From the NCBI GenBank assembly GCA_012295275.1, contig CM022679.1:12214001-12278000 (forward strand): a stretch of DNA of 64,000 bases, written 5' to 3'. The stretch comes from Chrysomallon squamiferum. Taxonomy: Eukaryota > Animalia > Mollusca. A program made the position numbers and the translations under genes. Below the pieces are notes generated by a model. It was not told the origin of the DNA and made no database searches. It saw only the letters and a program-made list of their open reading frames with translations. Below, one piece after another: positions 41,106-53,533 of the stretch (position 1 is its first letter; the number at the start of each line of letters is the position of its first letter).

Positions 41106-41540
41106 CTTAATAACACACAGTCGTTGATTGGTATGTAAATCTTTCTGATTACACCATTAGAAAATACTCCAGATTAGTCCAGGAAGTGAAGAATTTGGTT
41201 TCGCTACATCCACACCGCACAACGCATACCTGTCATTTGCTGGACAAACCACAAACTATCGATCAACTATCCACGTGTTTGCTTTATCTTTAAACACACA
41301 GGGACCCGCGGTGACGTTACGCATGGAGGTAACCAATCTCAAACGTCGGCCAAGGCATCGCCCGGCAGGAGCGGGTCGAACGGGTGGTGGGACACGGTAT
41401 CAGTGGGTTGACGGGTGGTGGGACACAGTATCACTGGGTTGACGGGTGGCGTTGTAGTCCTGTAGTGATGGGATGGTATTTTGTTATGTGTGTTTGTGTT
41501 AGTGTTTATGTGTGTTGCTTGACTCAGTGACCTCATTGTC
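41106..41540 (-). promoter_or_regulatory. Candidate promoter and non-coding first exon of gene A
   Basis: Strong - strand donor AAG|gtaagc at 41106/41105, and a second donor CAG|gtatgc near 41229. Locally GC/CpG-rich, with TATCGAT, CACGTG, TGACGT, CCAAT and TGACTCA motifs. Gene A's TM exon starts with an acceptor, so it needs an upstream exon. Confidence 0.45.
41381..41449 (+). repeat. 31-bp G-rich tandem repeat (2.2 copies)
   Basis: cgggtggtgggacacggtatcagtgggttga / cgggtggtgggacacagtatcactgggttga / cgggtgg. Confidence 0.95.
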
Positions 41541-41586
41541 TGATAATAACTGTTTTATTATTTAACAAAGAAATATATTCCCATAT

Positions 41587-41658
<72 letters not shown>

Positions 41659-43225
41659 TTATTTATTGTGTTGTTGTTTTTAGTCTTTTTTTAATTTAAA
41701 CAATGTTATATAACTAAAAAAAATTCTTTGTTTTGGAAATAAAACAACTAAAACAACAACAGCAAAAATATAAAAAGAAGATGTAAAAGGAAAACAAAAA
41801 AAATAATATACTAGTAACTTTAAAAATATATATATAAATAAAAAAAATAATTAATAAATAAATAAATAAATAAAATAATAAATAAAAAGAAACAGATGGT
41901 AAAAACTGCAGACCCGCCACTGGAATCCCATCCTTTAATCAAACCTCTCATTATTAACTTTACGTATTACGTATATATATATATAAAATAACTTACAAAC
42001 GATATCTATACACTAAATAATTTAAATTCCATAAAGATTACTCTAACATCAATCTTTCACACACCTTCCTTTGTGCATCACCTCTCCCAATCCCGTCCCC
42101 TGGAATGGTTCTCTTAATCCACCCTAACATTCCTGTCACGCATGTTTGGTTATGAATCGAGTTACCTGGTTGTGATAATATTCTGGCGAGGTGACAAAAG
42201 CTTAACTGTCAGTAATGCATGCAGCTCTATTCAGTTAAACAATGGATGATTTTCACTCTTCACATTTTTTGTTTTTGTTTTGTTTAAAGTATATTAACAG
42301 AAAAAGGACCATGTGAAACAGGTGTATACTACAAATATAGTTCAACGATTGGTAAAATTTAAGCTAGGATCGCGTGATCTTGTAAGCATGTGTTGCTTTC
42401 AAGGGAGTTGAGGGACTAGAGGTAAATGGGTGTGGTTGCAGTAACTTCATGATTTCTTTTATTTCTGGTTTTCAATTATGGCTATATTTTACAGTTTTTA
42501 TAATCTGCATTTTTAAAAGCAATAACTAAAAATCGGGGTGTTGCTGTGAAGATTTAGCTTTAAGAAAATTACTTTTAGCCTCTCCAACCCAAACGTATAT
42601 ACAAAATTTATTTTTTTATTGTTATTTTTAGATATGGTGAGGCCCTAAGTTATAGAAGAATTTAGAAGACATATTTATTAAGTTTTGACAGAGAATGTTA
42701 TCGTATAATAAATGGACTAAAACTCATAAGACCGCCGAGATCTAGCTTTTCAGCTCATAATTAAATCTGCCCATGAACTTTGGACCTGTTCCTGATAAGA
42801 CCATTCTTTCTGCAATTTGGTCTTTTTAAAAAAATATATATTAGAAGAACAGTAAAGGCAAGCTGTTTCAGACTCAGCTGCAGTGTTTGTTTTCAGATTA
42901 TACAACATGAATAAAAATAAGCAGCATCTGCTTGTGTAGAAAATAATTAATAATGAATTTCATTATTACACCCAGAACGTTGGGCTACTACTTCCTGTGA
43001 CCTTTTTAACTTTTGATCTAAACGGACATAGATTCAAAACAACTTAGTAGTAAATATATCAAATGAGCTCATGTAATCATGTAGATATTACGGTCCGTTG
43101 TATTTGTTGTTCTTATTGTTATTATTTCTTACCGAACGAACATATCAAAAGATTTATGAGACACTGGCTGGAGGTGGGTACAGAGAATAACATAACAGTT
43201 ACATAATTATTCATTTATATGTTTT

Positions 43226-43261
<36 letters not shown>

Positions 43262-43357
43262 TATGAATAAAACCCCATCCAAACCAACAACAAACAAAAA
43301 TAAAAACAACCAAACAAACAAATAAAAACAATTTTTAAAAACATAGTGGCACATACA

Positions 43358-43430
43358 GCCTCTATAGCTCAGTGGATAGAGCACTGGTCTTGTAAACCAG
43401 GGGTCGTGAGTTCGATCCTCACTGGAGACT
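43358..43430 (+). tRNA. tRNA-Thr(TGT) with an acceptor-stem mismatch C2:A71
   Basis: Cloverleaf GCCTCTA TA GCTC AGTGGATA GAGC A CTGGT CTTGTAA ACCAG GGGTC GTGAG TTCGATC CTCAC TGGAGAC T. A and B boxes intact, with a T6 run ~25 nt downstream. Confidence 0.85.
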
Positions 43431-46137
43431 AAAACAATTAATATTATGTATGTATTTTTAATAAAATAACACATCCGCTGAAACTGTGCTCATCACTTAG
43501 AATAACGTGTATACTAAAAAATGAAAACCCATCACAAAACTCTTAGAGACAGCAGTGTATGGTGAATATGTCATCATATACTTATACAAAACTTAATGAC
43601 TTGACGGAGACATTAGTGTTGTTACCACGAGACTACATAGTACAGTACACATACACAGCCTAGATGTTCCAGTTTTTCTTTATAAACATATATTATTTTA
43701 ACCCATATCTACCCAAGGTAAAACATTTTGGTGACAGTTTTGAGTTTATCACATTTGTCTCTGATTTACATTAAATTAGGCATAAATAATTATTATTTAG
43801 AAAAAAAACCGTTGTTTTGTTAAAGTTGGAGGAGTGCCCCTCCGCATGATGCAGTAGGTTCAGTTAGGTACGGGGTTTTCATATTGAAATATACGGCTTC
43901 GATTGTATTTGAAATGTATGGATACATGTTATAACATGAAAACTGTACCTCAGAAGAAGATTTATTGCCAAAACAAATTAAGAAGAGAAATCTGACAATG
44001 TAATAATATTCTCAATCATGCTTTTATAAAGCACTGTTTCTGCTTCTGCATGTTTCCAGTGAAATGTCCTTCTCTATCCTGCCTGATTTCTTTGGGAATT
44101 TAAGGCCTCAGTCCGTGGAGATTCATTGTTGATCTTTTTTCTCCAAGTACTTTGGACGATAAGACAAATGTATTATAGCCAAATAACACCACAATTGCCA
44201 GACAGGTCCTGCAGTCATGGCGGTTTGGCATCGACGCTATGATTACCTTTGTCATGTCGGGTCTTAGAGCTTGACTAGCGTAGTCCATAACAAGAATAAC
44301 TGAAACAGTTCCACAGTACCCAACCTGTTTTTGAGCAAGCTGAATATTCTATTATGGGCCAAGATTGTTGTATTTGGTGGTAGAAGTTCTTGTCTTTAAA
44401 TGATCTGTGCTGGTTTCTCGTGATGGTTGTTGCTGGTGGTGAGTCAATGTGGATTTAACCTTCTTGTCTGGATTGTTCTGCTTGATTTTGTTTATTTTAT
44501 CCCTGTCCTGATCTGTTGAAGAAAGGCGTTCATATTCAGATTCAGTGGCATTCTTATTATTTCTCAGTAATCACAACTTTGAAACACAACGGCTTCTGCT
44601 TCAAAAAAAATCTCTCGATTTAAATTATGAATGCCACCTCTATTGTGATCAGATTCTGAACTGTCACCTAGAGTCTAGTGTAAACAGCCAATCCAAAAAA
44701 ATCATCATCTTCAAAAGTGGATGGCATACTGATGCTGTAGCTTAGAAAAATAAATAGATAAAAAAAATAATAATAACATTGTTCCACCTTCAATAGTTTC
44801 AGAATGCACCCAACAATTGCATTATAATTTTTATTAAAGTTTCAAGGAAAATTTAATATTCAAAAATATTAATGTTAAGACTTAATTCTGAACACTGTTA
44901 CAAATCTCAATACACCAGCATTTCGAAAATATATCTTTTGAATAATTAGTAAATTAACTGTTTTGTCCTAAACAAGTTTTTTTCTTCTTTCTTTCTTTCT
45001 CCCCACTTTTGAAACTGCTAGAAAGTTTCAGTGATTGGCATAAACATGTCGCCTTTTTATGCACAAGTAAGAAAACAGAAATAATACATAATTAATGTTG
45101 TTACAAATCACTTTTTGTTTTCTTAAATCTAGACACCAAAGATAGGGTGCAATAAATTATGTAATAATTGTAGTGAGAAAATAATATTCAAAATACATTC
45201 CTACAAATAAGAAATATATAAAATAAAATGATAATGGTAATAATAATAAATGAATGAATGAATAAATGAATTCATAAATAAATAAATAAATAAATTAATG
45301 ATCGAATTCACAACCCCTATTTATACTAGCAATGCTCCGGTGAGCTGTAGAAGACTTCAGTTTCAGCTAAAATTTCAAAGGTTAATTTGCATATTACCCA
45401 CAATGCAATGTATTTCGAACCAATATGATATCATATAATTTATTGGCTCTGAACAATAAAATTAATGCCCCACTTTTCTTCGTTGGGAAAAAATACTTTT
45501 CTTAAGTTCAGATCAAAACAATAATTTGTATTTTAATATTTAAATAACTATATCAATTTCATCATGAAAATATATAGGCTTAAAAACTTTCAGTGACTTC
45601 ATTAGACTTTAAAATGATATCGTTTTAAAAAGAAACTGAATAATTTTCAAACAAATCTTTTCTTTGCCCTCTTTAACCCCCAAGGCTTAGTTTAAAAACC
45701 TTGATTTTTTCCCCATCAAATTACGACCATAAACGATATTTCCCTTCTGGCAACAACTAATTAGCATATTTGACCTAGTTACCTAAAGATATAAAAGTAT
45801 ATTTAATAGTTTTTCCTGAAACAAATATAAGTTTGTTTTGAGTCATTTCATATTTTGAACAGCTTTTATTTATTTATTTGTTTAGAAAAAACCATTTTTC
45901 TAAAATGGAAACAAACAAAATAATAAATGAGGAATTAAAAACCTGTTTACAGTTAACATTGTCAGACTACGTAAATTATCAAGTACTTCTTAGCTTTAAT
46001 GTAGCTAGAGTTAATGCCCTTGAAATTGGAGATCTTTTTCATTTTGTTTTATTGTACTTGTTATAAAACAAAATTCGCAGGTGCATAATTATAAGACATT
46101 TTATAACAGATTATTAAAAAATCAATTTACAAGTTTA

Positions 46138-46210
46138 AGCCTCCAGTGAGGATCGAACTCACGACCCCTGGTTTACAAGACCAGTGCTCTATCCACTGAG
46201 CTATAGATGC
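46138..46210 (-). tRNA. tRNA-Thr(TGT) with an acceptor-stem mismatch A3:G70
   Basis: The reverse complement is GCATCTATAGCTCAGTGGATAGAGCACTGGTCTTGTAAACCAGGGGTCGTGAGTTCGATCCTCACTGGAGGCT. It differs from the 43358 copy at 2 positions and has a T6 run ~17 nt downstream. Confidence 0.85.
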
Positions 46211-46297
46211 TGCTGTTTAGCTTGCACCTATACACAACAATCAGCTAAACAATATTAATATTTTAACGATTAAAAAGAACGAAAAACAGTTTCTGAA

Positions 46298-46368
46298 CGT
46301 AGTCTGTGCTGTCCTGTCTTGTGAAAGTGCTTATGAAAGATCCCTTACTGAGAACCGAAATAGAATAG
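46298..46368 (+). mobile_element. SINE central-domain relic (Meta-SINE-like core)
   Basis: cgtagtctgtgctgtcctgtcttgtgaaagtgcttatgaaagatcccttactg resembles the recalled mollusc SINE core GTGGTATGTGCTATCCTGTCTGTGGGAAAGTGCATATAAAAGATCCCTTGCTG. The family name is tentative. Confidence 0.55.
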
Positions 46369-46533
46369 AACAACGCCATTTTTGTTCATTTTGAATTTCC
46401 TCTATTTTTCTGTTTACATCCATATAAATTATATGATCGTAAATTTCAAAGGTCTACCATTAATTTTGTTTTTATCCAAGTCTCTTAATTAAACAGCACT
46501 GGTCATCGACAAACGTGGCACAGTTACATATTT

Positions 46534-46580
<47 letters not shown>

Positions 46581-47255
46581 CTCCTATTATAATTTGTTTT
46601 CTAGTAGAGAAAGTATTAATATAAATAATTTGATCCTACTGCACGTTTCCGATTCAGAATTAGTTCGTTATTTTAATTACACTCGAAAGGACGAGAAAAT
46701 CGTTTCACTTATTGTAAAATAAAAGATTCACTGGTTATTTTATTTTATTATTTATATAACTGCTACATTACATTTGACAATTATTACAATCTTTATAATC
46801 ACACATTTTAGTTTCGTACTTGGTCACGTGTTCGAAAAATTACATGTGCCTCGCGAAAATGCGCGTAATTTGCACGTGAAGGGAAACAGTTATAATTGAT
46901 TAAAATAAATAATAACCTAATTATATTAAACTAACTGACGTCGTATGAAACGTTCATCTTTGATATGGAATTTTCTACTGGATTGTAAAACAAATTAAAT
47001 GAAAGATCAATATGAGTATATATGTACGTCTAATGAAATCCGTCTTTGATGTGATGAGATGTCTTGTGTTTTGGAACAGATTAAAGTTCTCGAGTCTGAA
47101 ATGAAACAAACAAATTTATGGTTATTATGACCTTAAATCGAATATTTCCTATTCAAAGGATTCTTCTTTTTACTTTCTTTCTTGTTCACTGGTAGAACTA
47201 GACGATGGTAAAATCAAGAGCTGTGAATTCATTTTTTAACGAAGACATTTTGTAT

Positions 47256-47302
<47 letters not shown>

Positions 47303-48975
47303 GGAAACCTTTACCAGAGATTGTTATGTTTTAAGGTATGTGATGTTAAATAAATACTGTAGTAAAATTTAAGAACATTATTATTATTATTAATGTTGTT
47401 GTTGTTGTAGTTGTAGTTGTTTGTGTTGTTGTTGTTGTTGATCTTGTTTTTGTTTTTCTTCTCTTCTTCATTTTTCTTTTTCGTAAAATTATTATTATAA
47501 TAATCACAGTTATTAATATAAATGGAGAGACAACTCTGGAGAGCTGCTGTGAACGGGCTGTGAGCCAGCAAGGAAGTAATATACAATGTAACTAAATGCG
47601 TATTAAAATGAATGTTCCAATAGCTACTGCGGGTCTGTAGGAAAATAGTTATTCTATTTAACACAGAATGAATCCATTCAGGCTTCAGTTAAAACGTTTT
47701 ATTATTTTCTCCATCAAATACACAAGCATAATTCCTTTCTCCTATAGATGAAAATTTCTTGTAGTCGATTTAATTACTTAACTGTTTGAAATGTTCTTGT
47801 AATCCACTGATGTTTCAAATAGGGTAGTCTTAGAAACATCATATCGGGCAGTCTGGGCTGCTTGCATAAGACAGTTAGTGAGTTAGAAATTTAATTAGAA
47901 AAAAAGAACAGCTGTAGCATCTTTACATCCCATCAATTTCAGTCAGGGCAGGAGAAGGTATCAAGCGGCGAACCAAAATGATTCTAAGTGTCGATCGTTG
48001 ACGATTCGAAATCTCAGAGCCTGTAGACTGTAAAACCTGATACTACGTGGGTCTACTACGAAACCATGGATTCTATGACCACAAAAACCTGATTGCTATG
48101 GATACTGAAAAACCCATTTGCTCTGGATGCTAAAATCTGACAGTCTAAAAACTAATGTCTGTAAACTCTAAAATCTTATGAATATGGTCTCAAGACCTTC
48201 ATTAGGGTTCGACGACGGTGAAAAAGAAGAAGAGGAAGAAGAAGAAGACGACGAACCCTATAACAGCTATAGACTCTGAATTTTGATAACTGTGCACAGA
48301 ACAAAATCATAGCTAAAACCAAATAGCTATGGTTATAATGTCAAGCAACTGTTTGTAGTTAATTTCAACAAGCCAGTTTAATTTTAACAAAGATAACATT
48401 GTCAATGACAAAATTATTTACTAAAGTTTCATATTACAACGTTAGAGTTTTAAAACTAAACACCAACAGTTTATGAAAATATATTTTATTGCGACAAAGC
48501 CATTATTATCTTTCCAGATATAATTGTATATTAAATTATCTACAATTCACACAATAAACTATGCATTATTCAATATTGTAATAAATCATTTCATTAAGAA
48601 CGATATTTTCCCCACAATACTGATTTTGACATGTCACTAAAATCAAATTGTATATATAAATAAAAATATACATCTCAGTATGAATTGATAGATTCAGTAT
48701 TAATGTAATTTTTATAGGTTAAGCTTTACAGAATCGTTGCTGTAAAAATAACAGTAAATGACTGATTAGTAACTGTTTATATACAGAGCTTTTTCATTGT
48801 CGTATAAGATTATATATTAAACTGAATTAATTCAGTGACTGATTCACATATCATTTATTGGGTTTTTCTGCATTCATTCATTCTTACGACTAACGAAACA
48901 TCACATTTGCTGCTCAAGATTAATATACAAAAACACTTACATATCATCCAATTATCTCCCTTACTCCGTTCTTAA

Positions 48976-49040
<65 letters not shown>

Positions 49041-49797
49041 CAAACTAATTATATTAAAATGTAACAGTATTATCACTAATATTAAAATTAGTAAACAATA
49101 TATTTATTACAGTGTTAAGTACTGTGTTAAGCTTTTTTATACACTATCGCTATACAAATAAAATATTTTGGATCCGAAGTTCGACAAATTGCGTAGTCTT
49201 CATTAATCATATAAAATGACAAATCACCAGACAGTTTATAAACTGGTGTATGTTATAAAAAGAAATTTTAGGATATATTTGTTAGAAGTTGCTAAAATAT
49301 ATCTTAAAACCGACGTATCTAAATAAATATAATGGAAAATTTGTTGTTAACATGCAAAAACATAAATAAGAACTGTTGTATTTTAATTATTCTGAATTTT
49401 ATATTAGTTTTCTCCTATTTTGACGTAATTCATAAGATACAGGACTTTTAGTATGCTCAACTCATTATTGTCAATCTCAGTTTATAATGTGCCTGTCAAC
49501 CCACAGGTAAACATTACAGATTTTAACAGATAGAAGTAAAAGACTAGAAAAGTTTGTTGTAGCTCAAGAAATTTTGTAATACGTACAAAGATCACATTAA
49601 TCCTAAATCCTTAATAAACTGAGTTCAAGATTAAAAACAATTTTTTAAATGTATAAAAAAAAAAAAAAAAAAAAAAATTATAATGATTGTTGTCAAACTG
49701 AATTTAAATTTTGTTACATTTCAGTGTTAGTCCTGTTAAGTAGAATCGTTGTTTTTCTTTTTATATCACTTTCGAGTCTGGACAGTAACGTTCAGCA

Positions 49798-51361
49798 TTA
49801 AAGTTTGGTATGATTCGGAAATGATTCTATTGGTGGTGGAAGAGGCGGTGGTGGCGGAGGCGTCGCAGAAAGACTGAAAGATTCGGCTTCACTGGTAGGA
49901 CTGTCTATCTCGTCTCGCGGAATGATTTCTGGTGGATCCTCTTTAAACTGCACTGCCCTTGGCTGAGAACTTGTGATGGAGTCGAGTGGGGTGGGGTTAT
50001 CTTCGTTAATCCACGGTGCTCTGGGAACTGCGGCAGGTGACGATGATTCGGATTCGTCGTCGTCAGATGTGCGTTGACGTCTACGTTTCAGTTCCTCAAT
50101 TACAGCATTCTTGCTAGGTGACTGATTACTACCTAGGATCTTCTGTCTCTCCTCTTCAGTGGATGTCATTGAAAGAGGCGACCCATCAGATATACTTCGC
50201 ACTATTCCTGGAGGCGGTGTTGGCGGCCTGAATTTCACTTTCGCGAATGCTCCACCTGTCAAAGGCGGAGAAGGTGGAAGCGGGGGAGGCGGAGGAATAG
50301 TGTTCAAGGAAGACGTTGAAGCTTCAGCATCAAATGGCGGAGTTGGTGGTCTGAAGCTGACTGCATCTTCGTAACCATGATCTTGATTTTCTTTGTCTAG
50401 TTTTAATTGTTTCTCGTACTCTAAGTTGTTGAAGCGAAATGCATAGTCAACGGATGCTTGCTCGTCCATTGGACTTTGGTAATCCTCTTTAGGCATAACA
50501 ACGGGCAGGTCGGTTATTAATCGCGATGATGCTTCTGTATAGTCATCAGAAGGCGCTTCCACTGGAAATTCAGAAGAACGGTGACTTTTAAACAAGTATC
50601 CTTCTGAAGACGTGCTAGCCTTTAATTCGGAGTCATGATGACTCCTGAACATGTAATCTTCTTCATTTGTCTCATTGTGGAACTCAGACGAACCCTGAGT
50701 GTTGAACAAGTAGTTTTCTGAAGTCCTTTTAGAATAATCCGACATATCTTTTGCGTTAAGCCGATAATCGTCTGACGGAGGTTCTATCGGGTATTCGGAA
50801 GACTCGCGGCCGTCGCGATCTGTTTCAAAAGACAGCGTGTTTTCTTCTCCCGTGAATGAAGATTTGCCTTTCACAGAGGCTTTCGAAGGATATTCAAAAT
50901 TCAAACTGGAAGTCGGAACTGGATTCGGGGAATAATCTGACATAGCTACAGGTTCTGGCTCTTCCACTTTAGGAGAATAAATTGTAAACGCTGACCTTTC
51001 ATTATTGTCAGCGTCAAAACCTGTCGACATTAAACTTAGATCACTAGTTACGTGATTGTTTGTCACTACATGGTTGCTTTCCTGTTTCGTTGACTGCCTT
51101 TTGATCGTCATTTCAGTGTCGGCCGGAGCAAATATTATATCTCCAGGTGCGGCCATAACATTGTTACTTGTCTGTGATCCCCGGTTTATCTTTTCTTCCG
51201 AGCTAGATCTCTCTCTAGATTTAGATCGTCTGCGCTGAGACTCATGAGAATGAGATCGTTGTCTGTGTGACTTTGAAAGTCCGTGATCTTTTGTTCGGGA
51301 CTTGCCGTTGTCTCGTTTAGGTTCATAGCGTCGTCTATGCCTGTTTTCTGTATCTGATTCT
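49798..51361 (-). CDS. Gene B terminal coding exon
   Basis: GC-rich part of ORF 49798..51684. Acceptor ttttttttcttaaagactag|A. Encodes ESDTENRHRRRY...PPPPPLPPPIESFPNHTKL*. Confidence 0.92.
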
Positions 51362-52378
51362 CTAGTCTTTAAGAAAAAAAAATATATAATAATTATTGAG
51401 CTGACAAAATTATTCATAACGTATATATGTTTGTATCGTATGTGTGTAGTATGACTAAAGTATCTATGTATTAGTATGTATAAATGTTTGTATGCACGTA
51501 CGTATAAATGTTTGTATGCATGTACGTATAAATGTTTGTATGCATATATGTGTGTGTGTGTATGTATGTTTGTGTATGAAGATAGACAGAAAGTCGGGTT
51601 GATATACGCACACATACACATACAGTTTTTAAAACATATTCTTACCTCGCCGTTTTCCATTTCCCTGCAAAACGATAGATACATTTACGGTTATTATTTA
51701 TAAATTTTATAATTTTTATAGTCATCATCATCATCATGTCATGTAATGTTAGTAAATGTTTTAATATTAATCAAAAAGTTAATATAGTTAATATTGTTGT
51801 GGCTGAATATATACACTGTGTGTGTACATGTAAGTGTGTGTGAGTGTGTGTGTGAGTGTGTGTGTGTGTGTGCGTGTGTGTATGTGTGTTTTGTAAGTGT
51901 GACTATTTTAAAATAAGATCCTGATATGGTCGGTATGCTTTTTGAAAATCGTTTCATATTTTGAGACTAATTACTGGATTCGTGAATATAAAAAAGTTTT
52001 CAATCAGATATACCTTATTATCACTCCACTTGTTCCTCCATTAGCTAAAAAAATAAAATAAAATATTTAAAAAACGATCTGAATTTGTTTTTCAAAAGAA
52101 ATTAGTTAACACATATTGTGTTAAATATAATATTAAATGTTATGATGCATACTTTTAATTTCATACATTTTATTTTATATGTAGAACGCACTGTTGCATT
52201 TTACAAATCTGCTTTCAGTTAGATTTTTTTTTTTTAAATGGTAGCAATAAAAGTAACTAAACAAACAAAAAAAAGGAATATAAATATAATGAATATAAAT
52301 AAATAAAAAAGAAAACAACCAAACAAATAAACAAACAGATAAATAAATAAACAAAATAAAGAATATAAATATAATGAA

Positions 52379-52472
<94 letters not shown>

Positions 52473-53418
52473 ACAACCAACAAACAAATAAATAATTACT
52501 TATGCATTAATTATATCAAAAGAAAAAAAAAAAATAAAAGCTCGAACTACAGAACACAGAGTAAAGAAATAAAGACACAACAGCAGAATGAAAGAAGTAA
52601 TTCTGAATAAGAAAACAAATTGAAAGGAAAGACTGTAGAACGAACAGGCAATTTACACATACGTAAATAATCTTTAGATCTCTTTGAAATGGTGCCGTCG
52701 TCAACCACTACAATAGGCCGTGGGTAGCCGGGCAGCATCGGGGGCTGGAACATGTAGGGAGGCAGGGGCTCCATGAGGGACGGGGCGGACAAATCTCTCA
52801 TGCCGTGTCTCATTGTATAGAACATCATAGGTGGACGGTTTCTAATGGGCGGACCCTGGGTGTGGAAAAGAGGGTTGGTGTGGTACGGGTAAGGATGAGG
52901 AACGATTTGTCGGCTCGTTCCATTTGCTGATGTTTTTAACTTTTTCTTTTCTCTCTTGGCTTTTCTGGATTGTCTGAAAAATATAATTAACATTATCGTG
53001 TCAGTGACATCATCATCATAACCACCAACAGCAACGTCATCATCATCATCGTCGTCGTCGTCATTATCATCATCATCATCATTACTATTATTGTCGTTAT
53101 TATTATTGTTGTTGTTGTTGTTGTTGCTGGTATTGGAGATGGTATAGTGGTGGTTGTACCGTGATGACGGAAATGGTTATGACTGTTTCGGCTTTTGTCA
53201 TTACAGCGTTTTGGACTTCGCCTTTAAATTATTCCTAATTTAATTAAATTTAATATTTTCAAAAATTAAATTAAATTAAATAAAGAAACGTAAAAAATAA
53301 ATAAATAATAATATTTCAGATATCTATTTTATTGTTTGCAGTCAAGTCGAGTAGATGTTTGATGTAAATGATGTAAACGATAATGTTAATTCATCAAATA
53401 AAACAAATACAAAAATAA

Positions 53419-53465
<47 letters not shown>

Positions 53466-53478
53466 ACAAACAAACAAA

Positions 53479-53533
<55 letters not shown>

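Noticed and set aside
44040-44750. Coding-like GC-richer stretch between the two tRNAs (- strand frame ...ESEYERLSSTDQDRDKINKIKQNNPDKKVKS...)
   Set aside because: Interrupted by stops, with no recognisable domain or splice boundaries. Probably a decayed retroelement or pseudogene fragment that I cannot classify.
43358-46210. The inverted tRNA pair as terminal inverted repeats of a 2.85-kb transposon
   Set aside because: Identity is confined to the tRNA body. There is no transposase and no convincing target-site duplication.
49798-49809. C-terminal TKL as a peroxisomal PTS1 signal
   Set aside because: TKL is non-canonical and the protein is membrane-anchored at its N-terminus. A class I PDZ ligand is the simpler reading.
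51362-51684. N-terminal ~106 aa of the 628-aa ORF (MYLSFCREMENGE...YFFFLKT) as a single-exon gene start
   Set aside because: Apart from the microexon, it consists of (CA)n, a 24-bp minisatellite and a polypyrimidine tract between a clear donor and acceptor. It is best explained as intron.
52663-52973. Met/Tyr/Pro-rich exon as a reflectin-like sequence
   Set aside because: It lacks the reflectin (M/F)D(x)5MD(x)5MD repeat and follows a TM exon.
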